NCBI GenBank assembly: GCA_964635905.1
Contig: CAZWPK010000001.1
Coordinates: 352,293 to 416,292 of the forward strand
Reading direction: 5' to 3'
DNA: 64,000 bases
DNA from: an uncultured Pseudomonadales bacterium
Lineage (GTDB): Bacteria > Patescibacteriota > Microgenomatia > UBA1400 > UBA12028
The position numbers were made by a program, and so were the translations under genes. The notes below the pieces were generated by a model. It searched no databases and was not told the origin of the DNA. It saw only the letters and a list, made by a program, of their open reading frames with translations. Below are positions 10,277 through 18,794 of this stretch, one piece after another. Numbering within the stretch: position 1 is the stretch's first letter; each line of letters opens with the position of its first letter.

Positions 10277-11211
10277 AACGATACAAAGGATTCTACAGGA
10301 ACATCGCGTTCCCCATTATCGTACACTAGAAGGAGGTGGGCTGTGTAGCGCCCAATCCGAAAGGTATCCGTTGTAGAAAAATCGACATTCAATCGTTCCC
10401 CTGTTTCCTTTCCATTTTCTTGCTTTGTCACATAATTGGGAAATCCTTCATTCCATTTAATGGAATAGGTTCTCGTAGAGTCTGGCAAAATCGTCGCTTG
10501 GTTGGGGTTAAGTGCCATGACCGCAAGGTCTTTCTCTCCTCGGCCGTCAATGAAAACATTTCCAGTAGGAGTCACATGCACGTTTCCAGTGTTTTGAATC
10601 GTGACAATAAATTCTTGTGGCAAAAATTCTACGATCGGTCGGCGTACAGAAAACCCTTGTAACGCGAGCTCTCGTTTTGCAAAGGGTGAGTTCACATTGG
10701 CTAAAAGTAAGATAGCTGGTGCTCCCGCAATGCTTGTGTTTCCATCAGATTTTGCCGCAACCGATCGTTCAACAATGATCGTATAGTAATACGAGAGTGC
10801 AGCATCTTTTGGAGGGGAGAATGTAAGCGGTATAGTTTTCCATTCACCTCCCTGAATAAGAATTGAGTCTTTGGTAATTTGGAGCCAAGAGAGATAGACA
10901 TCTTCTGGTTTTCCATCGACAAAGATTGGCTTGTTTCCTGTCGCATCTGCGCGAAATGTTCCGATTCGTATTCGGACCGATTCTTCTTGCGTTCCATTAT
11001 TTCGGATTTTAACTTCAATATCTTTTGGCACACCAGGATCAGTTTGTACATTCAGTGTCACTGGTGAAACGGTCAGCGAGAGTGGTTGGGTAGGTGGAGC
11101 AATACTGGCACTCGGTGTGCCGATCGATTCGGTATCGACTGCTCGTACTAACGAGATTGGAAGTCGATTGACTCCAATGGTAAGTAGGATGAGGGTAACA
11201 ATTAATTTCAT
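10135..11211 (-). CDS. CscA-like surface protein paralog (DUF916/DUF3324-like, C-terminal TM anchor).
   Basis: 358 aa with signal peptide. Motifs NTGNVHVTPTGNVFIDGRGEKDL and YTAHLLLVYDNGERDVPVESFVSFWVIPWR, then a TM and a basic tail. Confidence 0.5.
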   Translation of the reverse strand: MKLIVTLILLTIGVNRLPISLVRAVDTESIGTPSASIAPPTQPLSLTVSPVTLNVQTDPGVPKDIEVKIRNNGTQEESVRIRIGTFRADATGNKPIFVDGKPEDVYLSWLQITKDSILIQGGEWKTIPLTFSPPKDAALSYYYTIIVERSVAAKSDGNTSIAGAPAILLLANVNSPFAKRELALQGFSVRRPIVEFLPQEFIVTIQNTGNVHVTPTGNVFIDGRGEKDLAVMALNPNQATILPDSTRTYSIKWNEGFPNYVTKQENGKETGERLNVDFSTTDTFRIGRYTAHLLLVYDNGERDVPVESFVSFWVIPWRICLAVLLIVIFIGIGLRTTIGSFVRFIRSKLQRSPPPPSI

Positions 11212-12302
11212 GGTAAGGGTTCCACAACTTGTTTTTTAAGCTGCCAACGCATGAGGACATAGACTAGAATGGCGGGGATCATCGGAATGGCAATAGCAAG
11301 AGCAATGAGCCGAAACGGTATCACCCAAAACGTTACATACGACTCAATGGGCACGTCGCGTTCCCCATTGTCAAACACAAGTAAAAGATGAGCAGTGTAG
11401 CGTCCAAAACGAAACAAGTTTGCTTTAGAAAAGTCCCACGAGAGTCCATTGGTCGTGTTCACTGGAAACCCATCGTTCCAGGGAATTTCTAGAATACGTT
11501 TAGAATTGGGAAGCACAACACTGCTATTTGGATTTAATGGTAACACCGACAAATCCTTTTTCCCTTGTCCATCGATAAAGATATTGCCGATAGGAGTGGT
11601 ATGGACATTTCCAATATTCTCAATTTCTACCTGAAACGTTTGGGGAAGAAACTCAAGAAGTCTATGCGAAACATTAAACGCATTTAAGGATAGTTCTCGT
11701 TTGGCATACGGTGAATCCACACTCGCAAGCAGCAAGATAGCAGGTGCCCCACTTATTTGAGTTGCATTTCCATCCGGGTTTGTAGGTGATAAGCGCTCAA
11801 TGGTTAAGGCATAATAATAAGCAAACGCCGTGTCTTTAGGAGGGTGAAAACTAACTTTAATGGTTTGCCATTCCTGCGGCTGTATGACAAATTCGTTCTG
11901 AGAAAAGCTAATCCATTCAAGGTACGTATCATCAGGCCGCTTCTCGCGAATTTTTGGTTTGCCTGTTGACTGCTCTGCTTCCAATGGGAGTGGATAAATA
12001 CGGACAGGTTCTGGTTTTTGACCATTGTTGCGAACCCGAATTTCCGTAAACACTTCTTCTCCCGGAGACGTCGAAAGCTGTGCAACAATTGGTGATAACG
12101 TCAAATTAAGCTGATCAGAGGGAACAATAGAGGGGGTTGGCGATGCAGAAGAGCTTGCTTGTTCCAAGAACTCGATACCAGGGCTAGACTGAGCCTGAAC
12201 AGATCTTGGAAATCCAATTGTTGCAAGAACCAACACTAAAAGAATGCAAAGGACACGCATATACCGATTATTACAGAAAAAAGGAAGTCCGCTAGAGTGC
12301 AA
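11208..12302 (-). CDS. CscA-like surface protein paralog (DUF916/DUF3324-like, C-terminal TM anchor).
   Basis: 364 aa, a close paralog of 10135..11211 (YTAHLLLVFDNGERDVPIESYVTFWVIPFR; NIGNVHTTPIGNIFIDGQGKKDL). It overlaps the previous gene by 4 nt, which looks like operon organisation. Confidence 0.5.
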   Translation of the reverse strand: MHSSGLPFFCNNRYMRVLCILLVLVLATIGFPRSVQAQSSPGIEFLEQASSSASPTPSIVPSDQLNLTLSPIVAQLSTSPGEEVFTEIRVRNNGQKPEPVRIYPLPLEAEQSTGKPKIREKRPDDTYLEWISFSQNEFVIQPQEWQTIKVSFHPPKDTAFAYYYALTIERLSPTNPDGNATQISGAPAILLLASVDSPYAKRELSLNAFNVSHRLLEFLPQTFQVEIENIGNVHTTPIGNIFIDGQGKKDLSVLPLNPNSSVVLPNSKRILEIPWNDGFPVNTTNGLSWDFSKANLFRFGRYTAHLLLVFDNGERDVPIESYVTFWVIPFRLIALAIAIPMIPAILVYVLMRWQLKKQVVEPLP

Positions 12303-12303
12303 T

Positions 12304-13362
12304 TTAGAAAATTCCAGATCCTACGACAGTGAGGGTGTCAGCGTAGTCACTTGCGGCTTCAGTCAAACCTGAGATTGCTGCTCTTGGAATTAGTGTCACA
12401 ATATCGCCGTTGCCTGCTCCATTGGAGGAAGCGATCGGTTGATACGACGTTGATAATGTTCCACCCGAAGAGGTATCAGAACCATCGTACTCTGCATCAA
12501 TCGTTACTGTTCCACCACTACCAGCATCAGTTGTTAAGTTCACATCTAAAACATATCCTTCTGTACCCGCAGAGAGCGAGGAAGGTGCCGCATTGATCGT
12601 TCCCGTTGTGGCAACCGTATATGTCGCATTTGTTGAAGTTAATCCAGCGTTTGCGCTTTTGACCCAAGCAGTCCAGCCACTTGCAGAGTTAGTGGTGATC
12701 GTGATTCCCGTTCCAGTTCCGGAAGAGACAGAACCTGTCGTTAAAGTTCCTAGAGCCTGTGAGTTATTTGCAAAAGAAAACGTAAAGGTTGGTGCAACGG
12801 TTGCCGTTACCGCAATTTGATCATCGGAAATTGTAGGAACTGCGACATCTTTGGTATCTGCAGTGCCAGCATCCGCACCCGTACGTGTAAAGATCGTGTG
12901 AAGAATAGTTGTTGAGGCAGAAGGATTGGAGATTAATCCTGTTCCACCATTCGTTATGAAAAACCCATACGTTGTACTATCTGTGAGGGCAGTAATCGGG
13001 AAACGGATTGTATTCGATGATACTGAATCCGCCGTAGAGACACCTGGCATCGCTGTAACTCCAGCTGGGAGGCCGGTTGTTGAAACCGTGTAATTTGATG
13101 CTGTGGTTGAGAAATTGGTGGTAGATACCCATTCTGAATCAAGTGTGATTTTGATCGAGGTTTCGGTGGCTGCGGTCGCTGAGGTGGTAAAGACTACTAA
13201 GCAGTTTCCTGGGTTTGTAGCGGCTTTCATTCTGTCACAGCGCATATAGGTGTTTCCTGCGGCTGCGGCTTGGACTTGCGCCACTCGAAGGTGAATTGCG
13301 ATCGAGAAGAACACGAACGGAACAACGACTGCAACGGTAATACTCTTTTTTACAAAACTCAT
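12304..13362 (-). CDS. Secreted beta-rich Thr/Ser/Gly-rich surface protein, paralog of the 7588..8640 gene. Candidate WxL-like cargo.
   Basis: The track ORF extends to 13476, but the plausible start is the ATG at 13362 (MSFVKKSITVAVVVPFVFFSIA signal). Shared C-terminal motif and shared internal GLTSTNATYT block with the paralog. Confidence 0.45.
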   Translation of the reverse strand: MSFVKKSITVAVVVPFVFFSIAIHLRVAQVQAAAAGNTYMRCDRMKAATNPGNCLVVFTTSATAATETSIKITLDSEWVSTTNFSTTASNYTVSTTGLPAGVTAMPGVSTADSVSSNTIRFPITALTDSTTYGFFITNGGTGLISNPSASTTILHTIFTRTGADAGTADTKDVAVPTISDDQIAVTATVAPTFTFSFANNSQALGTLTTGSVSSGTGTGITITTNSASGWTAWVKSANAGLTSTNATYTVATTGTINAAPSSLSAGTEGYVLDVNLTTDAGSGGTVTIDAEYDGSDTSSGGTLSTSYQPIASSNGAGNGDIVTLIPRAAISGLTEAASDYADTLTVVGSGIF

Positions 13363-13426
13363 ACACTCATCATACGCACAGCCAAAAATCAGTGTCAAGC
13401 TGGACTTCTTACAGAATCGGTACTCA

Positions 13427-14083
13427 ATGAGGCTTATATTGCTCAAAACTCTTGAGGAAGCGGTTCGCAATAGCATGATAAACTTATCTCACATGAAAAG
13501 CGCACAGCCTTCAACAGACTATGAAATTCGTTCGTTCGCAAGCCAAACGGATTGGGAGGCCTGGCTAGAGATGTATCATGACTCGGTTAACGGTGTTTGG
13601 TTACAGTTTTCCAAAAAAGGATCTGCGATTCCCTCTGTAACGTACTCACAGGCATTAGATGTTGCATTGTGTTATGGATGGATCGATGGTCAATCTAAAC
13701 GGTTGGATGAATTTAGTTATTTACAGAAATTCACGCCAAGACGAACAAATAGTCTGTGGTCCAAACTTAATATTGAACGTGTCACTCGCCTAATTGCAGA
13801 TCACAAGATGAAGCCAGCAGGGATAGCACAATTCGAGGCTGCAAAAGCGGATGGCAGATTACAACGTGCGTATGATTCTCCTTCTACGATGCACGTTCCA
13901 GACGATTTTTTATCCCTACTGGATCAGCATCCGAAAGCGAAGTCATTCTTTGCGACACTATCTAAAACAAACGTCTATGCCATTACCTGGAGATTGCAGA
14001 CAGCTAGAACGCCGGCTTTGCGACAGCAACGTCTGGAATCCATTGTGCGTAAACTCAACAACCACGAGGTTTTTCATCAATAA
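13427..14083 (+). CDS. YdeI/OmpD-associated family protein.
   Basis: Motifs WEAWLEMYHDSVNGVWLQFSKKGS, ALCYGWIDGQ, FTPRRTNSLWS and PAGIAQFEAAK are characteristic of the YdeI/OmdA family. The start may be an internal Met. Confidence 0.55.
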   Translation: MRLILLKTLEEAVRNSMINLSHMKSAQPSTDYEIRSFASQTDWEAWLEMYHDSVNGVWLQFSKKGSAIPSVTYSQALDVALCYGWIDGQSKRLDEFSYLQKFTPRRTNSLWSKLNIERVTRLIADHKMKPAGIAQFEAAKADGRLQRAYDSPSTMHVPDDFLSLLDQHPKAKSFFATLSKTNVYAITWRLQTARTPALRQQRLESIVRKLNNHEVFHQ

Positions 14084-14143
14084 GAGGTATAATACGAGAT
14101 TCTATAGTTCTGGATTTCTACGCATTCTTGTGCGTGGTGTCTC

Positions 14144-14509
14144 ATGAAACAATCGCTTCGATTTTATACCAGCTACTTTTTAATTCCTGGCTTTATTTTA
14201 AAGGCAGGCGTTGTCGTGTTGCTATTTGGTTCCACGATGTTTTCCTATGCCTGTTCTCCGGCAGATACACTGACCTATTTCTTCTATTTATTGTTATTAA
14301 CTGTATTCCTCATTCCAATTGTTGATGTCCCGATCCTTGCGGTTTTACGGTTCCAGCAACTACGCGGACATCCAATCGCGCGCAAAGTACGATCGATTAG
14401 TTATGCTGTAGTCGTCGGGCTTGGAGTTGGGATAGCAACGATTGTCATCGCCTTAGCACTAGTCAGCATTATTACAATGCTGGGACTTCCATTTTGTGGT
14501 CGGCCATAA
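14144..14509 (+). CDS. Small integral membrane protein (hypothetical).
   Basis: 121-aa ORF that is almost entirely hydrophobic helices. Confidence 0.35.
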   Translation: MKQSLRFYTSYFLIPGFILKAGVVVLLFGSTMFSYACSPADTLTYFFYLLLLTVFLIPIVDVPILAVLRFQQLRGHPIARKVRSISYAVVVGLGVGIATIVIALALVSIITMLGLPFCGRP

Positions 14510-14527
14510 CTCGGGTCACAAAGTTCT

Positions 14528-16468
14528 TTATTCTTGGTACACCGCTTGCAGGAGCAGACTTTGTAATTTCAGCCCATTGGAAGATTGCACTTGCCCTAAT
14601 ACGGATTGAGCTTGATCTCGATTTATTTGCGCCAGTACTGCGGTATATAAATCCCCCCATTCGTGTGCTGCTGGGTTCGGCACCGTTCGCTGCACTTCTG
14701 TCAGGATTGCTGGAAGGGTTGTAATAGTGGTCAAATAGTCACTTGCTGGGGTAAAGGGAAGCCACTGAATTCCGTACACGTGCATCGGATCCGCAGAGAA
14801 CCACGTTGCAAATTCGCGCTTGCCTCCCCAAATCAAAGAGGCAGTTGGACGTGAGTATCCGGCTGGAAAGGGGTTGTCTTGCGCAAACCAATAGGACTGT
14901 ATTGCTGATAAATCCGTTGCGAACAGCCACTTGGCGCGATTGGTAAGTTCTGGCTGCTTAGTGTATTCTCCCCATAACGCAATGGCATACCAAGCGTTTA
15001 ACGATTCAGAACTGGATTCTTCATTGTTTCCATCTGCAAATTGCGCACGTCCATCCGCCCAAGCATGACCTTCAAAGACAGAAAACATCCGTAACCGAGG
15101 AAAGCGATTGCTAGGATCTTCCAATGTGGCGATATCTGCAATTAACTCTTCCATTCGTGGTTGAAAACGTTCCTGTAGTGCCGGTCGGTACTTGACCAGT
15201 ATCGCTGCAGCTCGGATGTAATAGGCGTAATGAAAATGATGATCATTTCCAAATTCGTTGCCAAATTCTGGGTTCGTTGCCACCATCATCGTAGTAGCTT
15301 CGTCATAGCGAAATTGCGAAAGGGATTCGGTGGTGACGCGTTCTAAAAGATCTAACAATTGGTCTCGTTCCGTTGTCAGGGAATACAGATCGGCAAGTTG
15401 TACCAAAGAAGTTAGTGACCCAATCCATGTTCCTTTAAAATACACACCCTGCGGCATGGCATTTTTGCCAGTCAGAAACCCTTCTGCATCGAGCCGAATT
15501 GCAGCTTGTAGTGCTTCGACTTGTGAAGGCGAGGTAACGGCAGAAAATTGTGTTGGTAGGGCTGGAAGCGGCTGACTCGTCGTAAACTGAGTACCCTCTC
15601 GAATCGTTTGAACTCCAAGGACTGTTTCATACACTCCCAGAGTTGCGGGTAATGGTGTTTCTAATCGGTGATGCGGCCATGTTGTAAAGAGTATTGGTTG
15701 GTTATCTTTTGTAACGAAATGGTAGGTGGTACGCACAGTATCCCCCTCCACAGCGTAGGATGCTTGCGTGTGGGTTGGAATTGTCCACGGTAACATTGTG
15801 ACGCGTTCCAACAATGGCTGTGATTCCATCGGCAGAATAATCACTCGAAATTGCGAATCAAGTGAGGATAGGGTTGCATCCCGTTCGCTGGTGCGAACAA
15901 CGGTTCCATTATTTGCTTGGAACAAAACAGCAAGACGTTCATTGCGTAAAATCACACCTTGCTCTGTTTGCTCAATCAATCCACCTGGACACTGTAGCGT
16001 AATCGTCGACACATCTGTGACATAGGAAACAGGGCTTCCTGAGAGTAGATGCAGTAGCATGGATGACTGATCATTCCCGGCTGCGATTGTGACGTTCCAG
16101 TCTCCATAGGAGACCACAGAGCTTGTAGTCAGGGAAAACTCCGGTTTGATCGTACACAGTGTTGCAAACGGTGCTGCAACTAAGGTTTCTGTCGCACGTA
16201 CACTAGGATACGAAACTTCAATTCCTGTTTGAGAAATTTTAAATGCTCCAGGGTAGGAAAAGAGCGGCTGTGACGGAAAGGTAAACGCACTACTAAACCA
16301 AGCATTAGTTTTTCGCGCTGTTGAGACAATGGGACGTGTCAGTTCCACGCCCTGAGACTTTTGGGTATCTGGACTAAGTATATTTTTAGGGACAAATTTC
16401 CAAGCGGAAACTCCTCCAATAATTAGGAGGATTCCCATGACTGCAACTTGGAATGATTTATCGATCAT
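14528..16468 (-). CDS. Glycoside hydrolase family 81 endo-beta-1,3-glucanase, membrane anchored.
   Basis: N-terminal TM. GH81 hallmark NDHHFHYAYYIRAAAIL. An ExxxE pair of catalytic-type glutamates lies in GNNEESSSESLNAWYAIALWGEY. Confidence 0.65.
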   Translation of the reverse strand: MIDKSFQVAVMGILLIIGGVSAWKFVPKNILSPDTQKSQGVELTRPIVSTARKTNAWFSSAFTFPSQPLFSYPGAFKISQTGIEVSYPSVRATETLVAAPFATLCTIKPEFSLTTSSVVSYGDWNVTIAAGNDQSSMLLHLLSGSPVSYVTDVSTITLQCPGGLIEQTEQGVILRNERLAVLFQANNGTVVRTSERDATLSSLDSQFRVIILPMESQPLLERVTMLPWTIPTHTQASYAVEGDTVRTTYHFVTKDNQPILFTTWPHHRLETPLPATLGVYETVLGVQTIREGTQFTTSQPLPALPTQFSAVTSPSQVEALQAAIRLDAEGFLTGKNAMPQGVYFKGTWIGSLTSLVQLADLYSLTTERDQLLDLLERVTTESLSQFRYDEATTMMVATNPEFGNEFGNDHHFHYAYYIRAAAILVKYRPALQERFQPRMEELIADIATLEDPSNRFPRLRMFSVFEGHAWADGRAQFADGNNEESSSESLNAWYAIALWGEYTKQPELTNRAKWLFATDLSAIQSYWFAQDNPFPAGYSRPTASLIWGGKREFATWFSADPMHVYGIQWLPFTPASDYLTTITTLPAILTEVQRTVPNPAAHEWGDLYTAVLAQINRDQAQSVLGQVQSSNGLKLQSLLLQAVYQE

Positions 16469-16470
16469 AG

Positions 16471-17256
16471 TTATTTCTTAATAATGAATCCGTTCCAGAA
16501 TTCCGCAATCCGTTCGGCTGGATTTTTTGCCATCTCGTTTCGTGTCTGTGAAATCACTTCTAATCCTTCTCCTTGAATGAAGGATGCCCCTTCATTTGGA
16601 TCAGAGAAACGAAATTGTAGTTCATACTTACTTTCAGAATATGTCGTTGCCGGGATGACTCGCCCTGCACCTTCCAATGTCACACTAAAGATCTGTCCAA
16701 ATCGAGGACTATAGAGATCCAAGGTTTTGTCTTTTTGAACCTGGGTATATTGTTCATTGTTGACTAGTCCCGTTAGCTTAATATCATCATCCGCAAATAA
16801 AATCATCATAGGTGTGGAGTGATTTAAGTAGGCGCCTTCGGCGATATTAACCTGATACACAATTCCATCTCGTGGCGCTTTAATCTCAAATTGTGGGATT
16901 TGGGCTTGGAGTACCTTTGCTTCGGTTTGTGCGGATAGATTCGAATTTCCCAGTTCTTCTAGCGTTTCCAGTTTTTGAGTGATCGCGTCATTACTTAATT
17001 TGACGAGCGTATCCCCTTTGCGAACATGCTGACCCGCATCAACTTGAAGCGATTCCACCTTTCCTTCTACGGAGTTTGAGATCACCACTTCTGGTTTTTT
17101 GACATTGAGAACCAAGGTCTGTTTTGTCATATGGTAGGAGTTGATCTTTCGCGTGAGCGACAAGGTTGCGATCGAAAATGCCACGATGAAAATGATGACA
17201 AAGTAGATAGTGTTTACGAGTGTTAAGCGTAGGTGAACCAGGTTAGTTGATTTCAT
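16471..17256 (-). CDS. HlyD-family membrane-fusion/periplasmic adaptor protein.
   Basis: N-terminal TM. Biotin-lipoyl-like hairpin VESLQVDAGQHVRKGDTLVKL...IKAPRDGIVYQVNIAEGAYL. Directly downstream of the GT2 gene. Confidence 0.6.
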   Translation of the reverse strand: MKSTNLVHLRLTLVNTIYFVIIFIVAFSIATLSLTRKINSYHMTKQTLVLNVKKPEVVISNSVEGKVESLQVDAGQHVRKGDTLVKLSNDAITQKLETLEELGNSNLSAQTEAKVLQAQIPQFEIKAPRDGIVYQVNIAEGAYLNHSTPMMILFADDDIKLTGLVNNEQYTQVQKDKTLDLYSPRFGQIFSVTLEGAGRVIPATTYSESKYELQFRFSDPNEGASFIQGEGLEVISQTRNEMAKNPAERIAEFWNGFIIKK

Positions 17257-18794
17257 ACGGTTTTTAGGGAGTGATGAACTTTTCGATTTTCTCCCGTGAT
17301 AAAGATAATAAGTAAATACATGTTAAACAGAGCCCAGATGCTGTTATAAAACGTGGACCAAAAGTTGACAGGGTCATACCAGCCGATGATCAAGGCAAAT
17401 ACCGTGAGGATAATTAAAAAGACGTGTGGCCAGATCCATTGTAAGTCAAAGACACCTTTTGTGTTCGTGGTGGTGGCAATCCATCGCAGTTTCGTTCCAA
17501 AAATCACCGTAATCGAGGCAAGGATGTAGGGGTAGAAACTTGCCATAGCAGTCGCAATCGTGGAAATATGCAGTCGGCCCACCAATAGCCAGGTCAAACC
17601 ATAGTACAAACCAAAGAATGGGAGGTAGTGAATAAGCCACATCAATCCATTTTCTGTCTCTAACGACTTAATTCCAAACAATAAATAGATTAACGGAAAC
17701 AAGATATACATGAGGATGGTAAAGCCACACAAGTAAAAGAAGTTGGCAGAAAAGTAGTGAAGCTTTTGATCAATCGTTAAATGCTTGGACAACAACGGAT
17801 TGTGCAAAAACATCATCGATAGTCCCCCTTTGGACCAGCGCAACTGTTGTTTGAAAAAGGAGGCAATTGTAGAAGGAGCCATGCCGACCGCTAAGATTTC
17901 GTTGACAAAGAGTGTCTTCCATCCGTGTTCATGCAATAAATAGGAGGTCCAAATATCTTCGGAGTGTCCCACCTGTGCAATGCCATTAATTTCATCGATT
18001 GCTTTTCGTCGAAAGATAACGTTTGTTCCCACACAAAAGGCACTGTTCGTAACATTCTTGGCGGGACAGACGTGACGGTAAAAGATTTCTTGGGCTTGGG
18101 CGGTTCCATGGGCGATAAACTCATGTGTGTTTTTGTAATGCTGTGGAGACTGTACCATCGCAATTTCTGGATTGGCTAAGAATGGGAGAAGTTGCACTAA
18201 GAAGTTACGTTTGGGAACTTGGTCAGCATCAAAGATTGCAAAGAATTCTGCACTACTATAGCGTAGTCCATGATTCATGTTTCCAGATTTTGCGAACTCT
18301 CGATTCGTTCGGGTGATGTAGTGTGCTCCGAACTGCTTAGCGAGCGCTTCCACCTCTTTGGACTGTCCATCATCAAGTAGAAACGTTTGGTGAGGATAAT
18401 CCATGGCGACAGCTGCTTTGATCGTCTCTGCAATAATCTCCACAGGTTCTCCTGCGACAGGAATAAAGACGTCGACGGTGCGGATATCTTCAAACAAGGA
18501 GTGATTCTCTTTAGAAGATAAGTGTCGATGATGAATGGCAACTAACACATCCATCAGAATGGTTAACCAAAGGGAGAGCAAAATAACAATTGAGATCAAG
18601 TCTACCGAAGCATGAAGCAGATACATAATAGGATGGTCTGCATTTGCAGGATTAAAAACGAACGAACCATACAAGAGCACCACGATCGGAGCTGCCAGTA
18701 AAAATAGGATGGTTGTTCCCTGTAGTTGATCGGCGGTGAGTTTGTTAAAACTACGATTAAAAGCCATATTAGTTTTCCCTCGCTGTAACAACAC
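17253..18794 (-). CDS. Processive family-2 glycosyltransferase of the cellulose/curdlan/chitin-synthase type, i.e. a beta-glycan synthase.
   Basis: Multi-TM. GT2 motifs DDG, FDAD (DxD), SED and QQLRWSKGG (QxxRW). Overlaps the HlyD gene by 4 nt. Confidence 0.7.
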   Translation of the reverse strand: MLLQRGKTNMAFNRSFNKLTADQLQGTTILFLLAAPIVVLLYGSFVFNPANADHPIMYLLHASVDLISIVILLSLWLTILMDVLVAIHHRHLSSKENHSLFEDIRTVDVFIPVAGEPVEIIAETIKAAVAMDYPHQTFLLDDGQSKEVEALAKQFGAHYITRTNREFAKSGNMNHGLRYSSAEFFAIFDADQVPKRNFLVQLLPFLANPEIAMVQSPQHYKNTHEFIAHGTAQAQEIFYRHVCPAKNVTNSAFCVGTNVIFRRKAIDEINGIAQVGHSEDIWTSYLLHEHGWKTLFVNEILAVGMAPSTIASFFKQQLRWSKGGLSMMFLHNPLLSKHLTIDQKLHYFSANFFYLCGFTILMYILFPLIYLLFGIKSLETENGLMWLIHYLPFFGLYYGLTWLLVGRLHISTIATAMASFYPYILASITVIFGTKLRWIATTTNTKGVFDLQWIWPHVFLIILTVFALIIGWYDPVNFWSTFYNSIWALFNMYLLIIFITGENRKVHHSLKTV

